From: Haliotis rubra
Lineage: Eukaryota
DNA: 64,000 bases
NCBI RefSeq assembly: GCF_003918875.1
Contig: NW_025767028.1
Span: 930,001-994,000, forward strand
Direction of reading: 5' to 3'
Below are positions 1-13,102 of the stretch, in pieces. Under the pieces are notes generated by a model that had not been told where the DNA came from, did no database searches, and saw nothing but the letters and a program-made list of their open reading frames with translations. Each line of letters starts with the position of its first letter. Position 1 is the stretch's first letter. The position numbers and the translations under genes were made by a program.

Positions 1-268
1 GCTTTTCAGCAATTTGATGCATGATCCTCGTGCAATTCATCTGCATAATGTTTGCAGTTGGTTCCCCCAAGTTTGTGGAGAAATTCATCTTCGATGTAAC
101 CATAGTACAGTGTGTTTTAAGTGAGTCTAAACTTTTGAAGAGAAGTATATATCGGCAGCTCGTTGTTCATTACACTTGTTTACATGTCTGTGTATGATTT
201 ATAACTTCCATCATCAATACCGATATCAATAATTACAATAAGACACTTTACGGTTGACAGACAGCCTC

Positions 269-526
269 TTTATTATATTATGATTCAACGTTTCGGTACA
301 GGTTCGTATACCATTGTCACAGTTGCTTGACTGGGGTTTATAGATCATATATTTATTATGTTATGATTCAACCTTTCGGTACAGGTTCGTATACCATTGT
401 CACTCTTGCTTGACTGGGGTTTATAGACCATATATTTATTATATTATGATTCAACGTTTCGGTACAGGTTCGTATACCAGTGTCACTCTTGCTTGACTGG
501 GGTTTATAGACCATATATTTATTATG
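269..526. repeat. Three 83-bp tandem copies of a Penelope-like terminal junction
   Basis: Units start at 269, 352, 435, 518. Confidence 0.8.
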
Positions 527-825
527 TTACCTTCGTATTACTCATCAACTTCTACAGCCAATCAAACAGAGCCATTGATTAGCTGTGTTTGTAGAAGTAC
601 TGACGTAATTAAACGACATGTGTCTACACGGTTAAAGGGAACTATCGGTTGATTCCTACGATCATAAAGTGTTCAGGGGCATGATATTTAATGGTAACTG
701 AGATAGCGGGATGTCCAAGAGGTCAAAGTGATCACTCGAGACGCCAGAGGACCCGGTTTCATTCCCAAGATAGGTACAATGTTGGAAACCCGTTTCAGAT
801 ATCCCTATCACGACAGTATTGGCAT

Positions 826-1467
826 AATGTCACGGCAGTGTTGACAAAAAGTCACGACAGTGTTGGTTTGATGTTACGATAGCGTTGGTTTAAAGTCATG
901 ATAGTGCTGACATAATGTCACGTCAGTGCTGACATAATGTCACGAATGTGGTGACATAATGTTGACAAAAAGTCGCGACAGTGTTGGTTTCATGTAAAGA
1001 CAATGTTGGTTTTAAGTCACGATAGTGCTGACATAGTGTCACAACAGTGTCGACAAAATGTCACGACAGTGTTGACAAAAAGTCACTACAGTCTTGGTTT
1101 AATGTTACGACAGTGCTGACATAATGTCACGACAGTGTTGACAAAAAGTCACGACAGTGGTGACATAATGTCACGGCAGTGTTGACAGAAAGTCACGACA
1201 GTGTTGGCATAATGTCACGGCAGTGTTGACAAAAAGTCACGACAGTGTTGGTTTGATGTTACGATAGCGTTGGTTTAAAGTCACGACAGTGCTGACATAA
1301 TGTTGACAAAAAGTCGCGACAGTGTTGGTTTCATGTAAAGAAAATGTTGGTTTTAAGTCACGATAGTGCTGACATAGTGTGACAACAGTGTCGACATAAT
1401 GTCACGGCAGTGTCGACATAATGTCACGACAGTGTTGACATGTCATGGCAGTGTTGGCATAATGTCA
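826..1467. repeat. ~21-bp degenerate minisatellite (gtcacgacagtgttgacataat)
   Basis: Visible periodicity. Confidence 0.85.
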
Positions 1468-1710
1468 ACAGAGGTGTCAAACCAGTTCAGTCGTTCAGTC
1501 TGTCTGGAATAAAGAGACCTTCCCTCCAGGATTACTTGAACTCAGTTAACTGAGGGCAGTAACCAAACATGTGGCATATATCCCACCAGATGATTGAACA
1601 TCCTGTACCCAATACTCCAACTGGCAACTGATATACGCTTCACTGATCAATACCTGGCGAGATATCAGCCAACGCTGACACATATACCTCAGGAAATATC
1701 TCTAAGTGGA

Positions 1711-4457
1711 GGTACGTACACACATACAACACCTTGATGTAATAAATAACACGTATCACATTCGGTAGATGTACGTACACACATACAACACCTTTATGTA
1801 ATAAATAACACCTATCACATTCAGTAGATGTACGTACACACATACAACACCTTGATGTAATAAATAACACGTATCCCATTCAGTAGATGTACGTACACAC
1901 ATACAACACCTTGATGTAATAAATAACACCTATCACATTCAGTAGATGTACGTACACACATACAGCACCTTCATGTAATAAATAACACGTGTGACGTTCA
2001 GTAGATGTACGTACACACATACAACACCTTGATGTAATAAATAACACGTGTGACGTTCAGTAGATGTACGTACACACATACAACACCTTCATGTAATAAA
2101 TAACACGTATCACATTCAGTAGATGTACGTACACACATACAACACCTTCATGTAATCAATAACACGTGTGACGTTCAGAAGATGTACGTACACACATACA
2201 ACACCTTCATGTAATCAATAACACGCATCACATTCTGTAGATGTACGTACACACATACAACACTTTCATGTAATAAATAACACGTATCACATTCTGTAGA
2301 TGTACGTACACACATACAACACCTTCATGTAATAAATAACACGTCTGACGTTCAGAAGATGTACGTACACACATACAACACCTTCATGTAAACAATAACA
2401 CGTATCACATTCTGTAGATGTACGTACACACATACAACACCTTCATGTAATAAATAACACGTGTGACGTTCAGTAGATGTACGTACACACATACAACACC
2501 TTCATGTAATCAATAACACGTGTGACGTTCAGTAGATGTACGTACACACAACACCTTCATGTAATAAATAACACGTATCACATTCAGTAGATGTACGTAC
2601 ACACATACAACACCTTCATGTAATCAATAACACGTGTGACGTTCAGTAGATGTACGTACACACATACAACACCTTCATGTAATAAATAACACGTATCACA
2701 TTCAGTAGATGTACGTACACACATACAACACCTTCATGTAATCAATAACACGTGTGACGTTCAGTAGATGTACGTACACACATACAACACTTTCATGTAA
2801 TAAATAACACGTATCACATTCAGTAGATGTACGTACACACATACAACACCTTCATGTAATCAATAACACGTATCACATTCAGTAGATGTACGTACACACA
2901 TACAACACCTTCATGTAATCAATAACACGTATCACATTCGGTAGATGTACGTACACACATACAACACCTTCATGTAATAAATAACACGTATCACATTCGG
3001 TAGATGTACGTACACACATACAACACCTTCATGTAATAAATAACAAAATCACATTCGGTAGATGTACGTACACACATACAACACCTTCATGTAATAAATA
3101 ACACGTATCACATTCAGTAGATGTACGTACACACATACAACACCTTCATGTAATCAATAACACGTGTGACGTTCAGTAGATGTACGTACACACATACAAC
3201 ACCTTCATGTAATAAATAACACGTATCACATTCAGTAGATGTACGTACACACATACAACACCTTCATGTAATCAATAACACGTGTGACGTTCAGTAGATG
3301 TACGTACACGTACACACATACCTACCACCTTAGATGTACGTACACACATCAACACCTTTATGTAATATGACACGTATCACATTCGGTAGATGTACGTACA
3401 CACATACAACACCTTAACACGTAATCAATAGATGTACGTATCACATTCGGTAGATGTACGTACACACATACAACACCTTTATGTAATAAATAACACGTAT
3501 CACATTCGGTAGATGTACGTACACACATACAACACCTTCATGTAATCAATAACACGTATCACATTCGGTAGATGTACGTACACACATACAACACCTTCAT
3601 GTAATAAATAACACGTATCACATTCGGTAGATGTACGTACACACATACAACACCTTCATGTAATCAATAACACGTGTGACGTTCAGTAGATGTACGTACA
3701 CACATACAACACCTTCATGTAATAAATAACACGTATCACATTCAGTAGATGTACGTACACACATACAACACCTTCATGTAATCAATAACACGTGTGACGT
3801 TCAGTAGATGTACGTACACACATACAACACTTTCATGTAATAAATAACACGTATCACATTCAGTAGTTGTACGTACACACATACAACACCTTCATGTAAT
3901 AAATAACACGTGTGACGTTCAGTAGATGTACGTACACACATACAACACCTTCATGTAATAAATAACACGTGTGACGTTCAGTAGATGTACGTACACATAC
4001 AACACCTTCATGTAATAAATAACACGTATCACATTCGGTAGATGTACACATACAACACCTTCATGTAATCAATAACACGTGTGACGTTCAGTAGATGTAC
4101 GTACACACATACAACACTTTCATGTAATAAATAACACGTATCACATTCAGTAGTTGTACGTACACACATACAACACCTTCATGTAAGAAATAACACGTGT
4201 GACGTTCAGTAGATGTACGTACACACATACAACACCTTGATGTAATAAATAACACGTATCACATTCTGTAGATGTACGTACACACATACAACACCTTTAT
4301 GTAATAATGACACGTATCACATTCGGTAGATGTACGTGCACACATACAACACTTTCATGTAATAAATAACACGTATCACATTCAGTAGATGTACGTACAC
4401 ACATACAACACCTTCATGTTATAAATAACATGTATCACATTCAGTAGATGTGCGTAC
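1711..4457. repeat. 59-bp minisatellite, about 46 copies
   Basis: agatgtacgtacacacatacaacaccttcatgtaataaataacacgtatcacattcagt. Confidence 0.95.
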
Positions 4458-6733
4458 ATGTACACATATAGAAGACATTAATGTAATATAACCCATATCA
4501 CACCCAGTGGTCCAGCTATGGGAGCCGAGTTCACACCTGCAGCCACTGTGGGCCTATGGGGCACAGTTCAACACTGAAGTTTGTATTGATCAGTTTTATT
4601 GTACGATACTCAACAGGCAGAAACGGACAACCAACAGTATGAATACACTTCTGTATGTTCTCGAGATTTTGCTAATCTAATATTTTCAAATTACACAGTC
4701 GTAAAAGGTTTTGAGAAACAGTCATGTCACATGCGGGAAATGTGTGTGCAATGTTACAATCGTCAGTCTTCATTTATTATTCAGATTAATGGCGGATTAA
4801 ACTTACATGCCATGCTTGGGTTATCGTCTGATGAAGTCCCTCTCGAAAATATCGTCTGCTTCAAAAGTCGTCTGCTAACGACCTTCGTCAGTCAACGACA
4901 CCCACGATTCCAGAGTCCAGGAATACAAAATACGAAAACAAATCCGTGTCCGAACCACCACGTCACGAGAGCTGTGTACAACCTCCGATATGTATGCCGT
5001 ATGTGCGCCCAAATCAGTTTAAACGGGCGGGTCCATGACACAAATTCGCCCCCGGGAGGTGGTGATATAGGCAAGCATAAGCAATCGCCCGGGTTCAGCC
5101 CTGTATTCACAGCCGTGTTTGGATGAAGCAAACGGTTGATTCAGCGGAGACGTGGACACGGGTGAATGAATGACCTACAGTCTGTTTCAGAATGTGTCGC
5201 TCTCGCTGTTGTCGCTGGGAATATCCAACATTCCGAATCATTGATTATGCACACTACTGGTTTATGGTGTGGTTAGGAAAAGTGGTAGGTATTTCAGTGA
5301 GGGTAAAAATGTACGAAACCCCCGTGTTACCTTTAGTTTAAAGTTAATATTCCCCGCATGCGGCATAACACAAAGGATGTGCTATGGAGTGTTTCAGTAT
5401 TTCTTGTCGCGGGTCGAATTTAGTCAAGTCACGTTCAATATGTGTGTGTGTACTGAATAAGTTATATTGGAATAATAGTGTTGCGATATTGTATGTATGT
5501 ATGCATGCATGCATGCATGCATGCGCGTGCGTACATGTATGCATGCATGGATGGATGTGTGCGTGTATGCATGTGTGCGAGTATGTACACTTAGTATACC
5601 GTTTTGATTGACACCTCAGCCAACTAAGAAACCATATCGTTTTCTAACATGAACACCACACTGTGACGTAGTATGGCTCTGAACCGATCAGTAGCTAATC
5701 TGTCTCTTTATCATCGCGCTAGACATGGCAACAACATGTACCACAATTTAACGTCTTTAGTGACAGTACTCAGGGACATTGGTTGATGAAGCGGCCCGAG
5801 CAATGACAGGAGGCGAACACAGATCTTTGGCGTAACGGGTAAAGGAAGCAATGTGGTATCGTAACACTACAAGTGAACTAATTCAGCTTCAGGTTCAGTT
5901 GGGACATAACTTTTCAGTACATTGAAGCAAGTGAACTATTTACTACCTCACATGTTCATGTTTCGGAACTTCGTGAGACACTGGACTCATAGCGCGAGTT
6001 TTATTTAACTATGCATTCAGTGTGTTCAGAATCATTGAAGCAGAACTTCAATTACTGATCATTGAAGCAGAACTTGAACATGTACAAGAGCGACACCAAC
6101 TACCCAGTGAGATGTGCGGTGGGAATGTTGATTCATGCCATGGAGACCCGCCGAGGTTAATACCGTTGCTCTTGGTAACACCTGGTAATTTCTAAAACTA
6201 ATTCCCATGGCATATACTGGTAGATGGTTGGATGTCTGCAGTACCTAGGAAAGCAGACTGTTTGTTTGAAGAACGTAATGCGATGTATATAACACGTGTG
6301 ATAAACACATTAACTGTCACCCTCCTCATACAACATCCGGGTGTGTGTCACCATCTGGTCGTCACTAGCGGACATCCAATGCACAATAGATAGCTACAAT
6401 CTATTAACCAGGGGATACAGTGTGCGTTGTCTGCACGAGCTGGAGTGTTTACAAAATACATTAACAACGTTGTTCAACCTTTCTGTTGCTAGGTAACGTC
6501 CAAACAATGATGATATTTGATACGTTCATCATTGGTAGGTTAACATCACTGTGTACAGTTGTAATCATCCAACAATTGATATTAGATATGCTTATGTTAT
6601 TAATGGAGATTGGTCTGCGATGAATTCAAAAATCATTAAACGCACCCCCGTTCGTCACAGATACAGAGGAACCTACAGTAAACTCAAGACTGATGATTGG
6701 ATCCAAAGTTGGCATGTATACTGATTGGTGAGA

Positions 6734-7129
6734 ACATAGAGATTTTTTCTGGGTTACATCTTCTTTTTATTCTCGAGTACAACGTTTCAGGGCTTGTTCT
6801 GGCCCCATCATCAGGTAAAACTGAACATCCGGATTGGTGGATGCCAGCAAGTTTATTGTTGGACTAGACAAACCTGTGGAGGAGGGGATGAACACTGACA
6901 TGGGTCACGGAGTTGGAGAACGAGGACGGGTTATCACCATGGTTACAGTACAGTGGGATAATCCGTACGTCACTATTAAATGACGTCAATAATATCACTG
7001 TTCAGTTTTACCTGATGATGGGGCCAGAAGAAGCCCTGAAACGTTGTACTCGAGAATAAAAAGAAGATGTAACCCAGAAAAAATCTCTATGTTCATCAAA
7101 TATCATCTTCTAAAATGCCAATCAAGCAT
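6734..7129 (+). mobile_element. Penelope-like insertion with inverted terminal segments bearing hammerhead motifs
   Basis: 96-bp inverted repeat (6732-6827 / 6999-7094, one mismatch) containing CTGATGA..GAAACGTT; flanks ctgattggtgaga / ctaattggtgaga resemble a TSD. Confidence 0.7.
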
Positions 7130-8024
7130 CTAATTGGTGAGAGTTCGGAAAAGGCAGATTTGACTTGAAAAACCTAAATTTGATATCTGTTTGTCATCCT
7201 ACACGGGGTGATATCGCCGTAAAACTTCATCACAAACGTTGCAAACCATTGTGACAACCATCTGTTACGTCACAATTGAATGACGTCAATAATCTCTCGG
7301 ACACAGCAGGCACTGTTATTTTGTGTGTGTTTAGGGTGTTGCAATAATGGCTTTAGTGATAGATTTGATCTCCACGTCGTATATTTTATATAAAAAACAC
7401 CAACACTGGGTGATAAGGTCATAACTGTGATTGAAGTGATCAAGTGAATGTAACTGAATGGTTTTGGTTTTAAGTGATACATTTATATCCCGGTCGTCTA
7501 TGTGATATAGAAAATACCAACATTAGCTGATAAAGTTATAATTGTATGAAGTGATCGAGTGTAATGTAGCTGAAATTGTCTTAAATTGTAGACCAGGCTC
7601 TCGATGGAAGGCAAGCCATGGAGGTTTAAGCTTTCTTGTCGAATCGTTGCCATATTACATGTCAAAAGTCGTGTGAATATTTTCCTCAACACTTTGTGGG
7701 CAGTAAATGTCATCTCGTCCATAATGTGTCCCTTAAACAGAACTGCTATGGACCGTCACCGTGTTGTCGGAGTCGTAGGACATCCACGTCAACAGTTTCG
7801 TCAGCTAAACAGACCTAGGTGGCATGAACCCCACTGTACTGTAACCATGGTGATAACCAGTCCTCGTTCTCCGACACCGTGATTCATGTCAGTATGCTTC
7901 ACATCCTCCTCGTGTTTGTCTAGTCCAACAATAAACAGGCTGGCATCCAGCATCATGCAGCCTGACTAATTATTACCTGCACAAACTGTGCGTGTGATTG
8001 TGAAGTGTTGATGTCCGTTTATCA

Positions 8025-8270
8025 GAGAGTGAGTGAGTTTAGTTTTACGCCGTACTCTGCAATATTCCAGCTAAATGGCGGAGGTCTGTAAATAATCGAG
8101 TCTGGACCAGACAATCCGGTGATCAACAGCATGAACATCGATCTACGCAATTGGGAACCGATGACATGTGTCAAGCAAGCCAGCGAGCCTGACCACCTGA
8201 TCCCGTCAGTCGCCTCTGACGACAAGCATGGATTACTGAAGGTTCTATCTAATCCGGACCTTCACGGGCC
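8025..8270 (-). mobile_element. Retroposon family A (tRNA-less, ~245 bp), full length
   Basis: TSD TGTCCGTTTATCA; (CACT)n tail; multiple homologous copies in the window. Confidence 0.85.
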
Positions 8271-8875
8271 TGTCCGTTTATCAAGTTGTTTTTAACTTGT
8301 TGTTTGAAATCACGCAGAGCGGAACAATGTGACTCGTGACGCATGCCAACAACAGTAAACGCGTAGTACAACAAGGTGCGTCCCCTCCCACCGGTGGTTA
8401 TGTCGTAACCCGTTGGGTATATGTCATTTATTGATCACTGATACAGATAGATATGCTTCAGCGATCAGCCGGACCCTGGGGTGAGATGCTATAAATAATG
8501 CCTTGTTTGTGTTTGTGACTGTTTATTGGGGGGCGGGGCATCTTCAGGCGCTGTCCACATGAACCGAATGTTACTTAGCAGGGGCGGATATAGCATTTTT
8601 AGAAAAATGGTGCACAGTTCAGAAAGATTGGCGCACAGTTCATCGTCACCCGTTTTCACGAGAGTTTCAATAATCATTTAATACGCTTAGGACGACCAAA
8701 GACGATGCAGGTACCAGCAAATTTGTCATCCAACTCGAGGGAGAGTGTCGAGTGAATAAAGGAGAGAAGAGAGAGGGAGAAAGAGAGACAGGGGGAGATT
8801 GAGGGAGAGAGAGTGAAAAGGAGAGACGAGAGACACAGAGAGGGGCAGATAATGAGAGATAGAGAGAGAGGGAGG

Positions 8876-9121
8876 AGTGAGTGAGTGAGTTTAGTTTTAC
8901 GCCGCACTCAGCAATATTCCAGCTATATGGCGGCGGTCTGTAAATAATCGAGTCTTGACCAGGCAATCCAGTTATTAACAACATGAGCAACGGTCTACGC
9001 AATTGGGAACAGATGACATGTGTCAACCAAGTCAGCGAGCCTGACCACCCGATCTCTTTAGTCACCTCTTACGACAAGCATGGGTTACTGAAGATCAATA
9101 TTCTAACCCGGACCTTCACGG
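8876..9121 (-). mobile_element. Retroposon family A
   Basis: Homologous to 8025-8270; runs into an N gap. Confidence 0.85.
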
Positions 9122-10456
9122 NNNNNNNNNNNNNNNNNNNNNNNNNNNNNNNNNNNNNNNNNNNNNNNNNNNNNNNNNNNNNNNNNNNNNNNNNNNNNNN
9201 NNNNNNNNNNNNNNNNNNNNNNNNNNNNNNNNNNNNNNNNNNNNNNNNNNNNNNNNNNNNNNNNNNNNNNNNNNNNNNNNNNNNNNNNNNNNNNNNNNNN
9301 NNNNNNNNNNNNNNNNNNNNNNNNNNNNNNNNNNNNNNNNNNNNNNNNNNNNNNNNNNNNNNNNNNNNNNNNNNNNNNNNNNNNNNNNNNNNNNNNNNNN
9401 NNNNNNNNNNNNNNNNNNNNNNNNNNNNNNNNNNNNNNNNNNNNNNNNNNNNNNNNNNNNNNNNNNNNNNNAAGACTGACAGGGACAGAGAGGATACGAG
9501 AGAGACTGACAGGGATGGAGTGAGAAGGAGAAAGAGAGTCTGAGATAGCGAGATCACAGTCTTGTTACACAGGAGTATCTTCAATATCACCACGGTTACG
9601 GTGGCAGGTTTGTTTACCAAGTGGAGGGTTTGGACAGGGAGATCGACGAGTGTATCATGGTCAGCTTCCTGAAACAGACTATACACCGCAGTTAGTCTGC
9701 TTGTGTTCACGATTGATCTCTGAATTTCAATGTATGGATTTCTTGCAACATCTGCCCAGCCCCACCTGTAGACAGACTCTTACATTACGGTGCTGCTTGA
9801 GCCGGCGGAGCCTTTGTCCTGTCACCCGGTTCCGAATGGACAACGCCTCGCCTGTATATTACACATTCAATATTGTATGTTTCTTTAGTTTGGTGTGTCA
9901 AGAAACGCAGTCACGTTTATACACGCCCTTCAATGTTGTCGGCTGAATCAGGGCTTGTAAAATTTGTGAGGACTTTGAGCGGAATATATGTCAGTTGGAC
10001 TAAACCCATACATCTGATAATTGGTGGAACGGCCGAAGTGATGCAGGTTTTAAACGTCTTCCTTGTTTTGGGTCAAACCTACGATCATGGGCGGGGTACT
10101 AACAAACCTAGATTCATAATATGAGTAAATCTGGGATTCGAACTGCCTATCATATCAAAGGTACGTAACTCTCTGGACTATGCTTCCCTTTGAACGATCT
10201 TCCGATAACTGATCAGTGGGATCGAGTGGTGAAAGCCAGCAATACTCGCTCGCTCACTCACTCACTCACTCACTCACTCACTCACTCACTCACTCACTCA
10301 CTCACTCACTCACTCATCAGAGACTAAGAGTCTGACCAGTCACGTGATACCTGGAATGTCAATTGTACTATAGCAGCCATGCCGCCTACAGCGATTTGCC
10401 ATAAACCATCCCTTTGCATATTCAAGATCAAAGATTCCATTTCGTCATGCTGCATT

Positions 10457-11084
10457 GACAAACAAACTGAATGTCTCCTATCTGCCTGTAATTAAACAAA
10501 GACTCATTCATCACGCTTTTCAGTTTACTGGAAGTCAACTGTCTAGTTTCACTAAGTGCAGATTGTATAAACATATTATTGATACTTTCACTTTGCAATA
10601 TTATCTTCAAAAATCAATTCCTGCAATTTATACAAATAAATATTTGACTTAATTTCGACTCTCTTCACATAACTTATATATTGAAACAGGAAGGTATAAT
10701 AATATTCACATGAACAATAGAACATGTCTGTCCTGTCTCAATGATATAGAGGATGAATTCCATTTTGTATTAAAATGTCCAGTTTATCAAGATTTAAGGA
10801 AATTGTATATTAAGCCTTACTATTGGAAAAATCCATTAGTTTTCAAACTTGTCCAGCTCTTGAGTATCCAAAATGTTCAGCAACTCTGTAATCTGGGTAA
10901 TTTCCTATTCAAGGCTTCACAGTTAAGACTAACTTTACTGTAAAATGTGTTTGTATATTCTCCTTTTGTTTGTTTATATATTGTACCAAACCAACCACCG
11001 TGTCTGTACTAAGAATGTATATTTTCATGTCTCACAACCGATTAGCTGTACAGCTAAAGGTAAATAAAGAATTGAAATTGAATT
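10457..11084 (+). mobile_element. 5'-truncated LINE (RTE-X-like) 3' end
   Basis: FRLSSHNLYIETGRY...RTCLSC..DIEDEFHFVLKCPVY CCHC knuckle; AATAAA plus (GAATT)-type tail; flanked by 123-bp direct repeats. Confidence 0.8.
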
Positions 11085-11597
11085 GACTAGTCACGTGATA
11101 CCGGGAATGTTAATTGTACCGTAGGTGCCATGCCGCCTACAGCGATTTGCCATAAACCATCCCTTTGCTTATTCAAGATCAAAGATGCCATATTGTCATG
11201 CTGCATTTACACACAATGCCAGTACATATAAGCCTACGTCTTCATATGTTCTTTTCAAACTAGGAAAGAGAACATCGTGGCTTGAAATACAAAACGAAAA
11301 TACCGCGCACTTCCAGCGCCCATTGTCTGCGTATTCCAATAAAATAGATATTTAGGTGGATATGTGAGAATTGGTGACGACACCCGGTGTATGTGAACAA
11401 AAGCCTGTCGTAGGAACTTAATGGTTGGAATACCTTTGGACTGGACAATGCAGACATGTCTCTCCGCAGATATGTTTTCGTACAGGTATTTAGGTTACCT
11501 CTATCTGAGGTTAACTCCACCGCAGATCACTAATGTATAGGGAGTGGCGGAGTGTTGGAAACTTTGGTTCAACACAATCATGGTCCAGTGTCGATTG

Positions 11598-12601
11598 GGG
11601 TGGGAAGCCATCGGGGTGGGTGGGAAGCCATCGGGGGTGGTGGTGGGAAGCCATCGGGATGGTGGTGGGAAAGCCATCGGGATGGTGTGGGAAGCCATCG
11701 GGGTGGTGGTCGGAACTTGGTGGGAAGCCATCGGGATGGTGATGGGAAGCCATCGGGATGGTGGTGGGAAGCCATCGGGACGGTGGTGGTGGGAAGCCAT
11801 CGGGATGGTGGTGGGAGAGGTGGTGGTGGTGGAGGGATCGGGTGGTGGTGGGAAGCCATCGGGACGGTGGTGGTGGGAAGCCATCGGGACGGTGGTGGTG
11901 GGAAGCCATCAGGGTGGTGGTGGGAAGCCATCGGGACGGTGGTGGTGGGAAGCCATCGGGATGGTGGTGGGAAGCCATCGGGGTGGTGGTCGGAACTTGG
12001 TGGGAAGCCATCGGGATGGTGGTGGGAAGCCATCGGGACGGTGGGAAGCCATCGGGATGGTGGTGGTGGGAAGCCATGGACGGTGGTGGGAAGCCATCGG
12101 GATGGTGGTGGGAGGGGTGGTGGTGGGAAGCCATCGGGACGGTGGTGGTGGTGGGAAGCCATCACGGTGGTGGTGGGGACGGTGGTGGTGGGAAGCCCAT
12201 GGTGGGAAGCCATCGGGTGGTGATGGGAAGCCATCGGGATGGTGGTGGGAAGGGAAGCCATCGGGACGGTGGTGGTGGGAAGCCATCGGGATGGTGGTGG
12301 TGGGAAGCCATCGGGACGGTGGTGGTGGGAAGCCATCAGGGTGGTGGTGGGAAGCCATCGGGATGGGAAGCCATCAGGGTGGTGGGGGAAGCCATCGGGA
12401 TGGTGGTGGGAGGGGTGGTGGTGGGAAGCCATCGGGATGGTGGTGGGAAAGCCATCGGGATGGTGTGGGAAGCCATCGGGACGGTGGTGATGGGAAGCCA
12501 TCGGGATGGTGGTGGGAGGGGTGGTGGTGGGAAGCCATCGGGACGGTGGTGGTGGGAAGCCATCGGGACGGTGGTGGTGGGAAGCCATCGGGGTGGTGGT
12601 G
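11598..12601. repeat. G-rich 22-25-bp minisatellite (gggaagccatcggga[tc]ggtggt)
   Basis: Visible periodicity. Confidence 0.95.
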
Positions 12602-13102
12602 TCAGGTGAAAGCAGTGTTGAGACCTGCTTGGATTTATATGCCGGAAAGATGCACATAGGCACGTGTCAAATTCCCATTTAATCTTAGCGTATTTGAAGG
12701 AAATTAAACTATATGATAGAAGTAAATTTTTCTGAAAGTCAGGTTTTACTGTTTACTGTGAAAAGGACCGGCGTTTTAGTGATCTTTGTCATCACTTTTA
12801 TTCTTATTAGTATATACAGGGAAATATATGCTTTCTAACCTCGAATAGCTGCAAATCTGCTGATGCGGCCTTAAGCAACATTTACTCACTACCCTCACCT
12901 GTTGGAGATTTGACCAAGAAAACAAACAAACAAGCAGCCCGATTATGTCTCTTTCCTCTAAGTTTCAACACCTGATTCAACATGACTTGAAGCACCACAA
13001 TGTGTGACTTAATGTTCTTGTGTACATTAGGCTTGACATAAATCTTGTAGTAAATTATTATTAATAGAGCAATCATATTGTGTATAGGCTAATCTTCGGG
13101 CC

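Noticed and set aside
119-148. 19-bp match (agtgagtctaaacttttga) with 34699, resembling a Tc1-type TIR end
   Set aside because: Too short and no partner TIR in the window.
1711-4457. CRISPR-like appearance of regular arrays
   Set aside because: No unique spacers, no cas genes, eukaryotic context.
4599-5131. 175-aa and 79-aa ORFs
   Set aside because: Non-ATG start for the longer ORF and no recognisable motif; probably repeat-derived non-coding DNA.
9573-9659. Possible isolated plus-strand 87-nt exon (EYLQYHHGYGGRFVYQVEGLDREIDECIM)
   Set aside because: AG/GT present and all three frames open, but no partner exons or recognisable homology.
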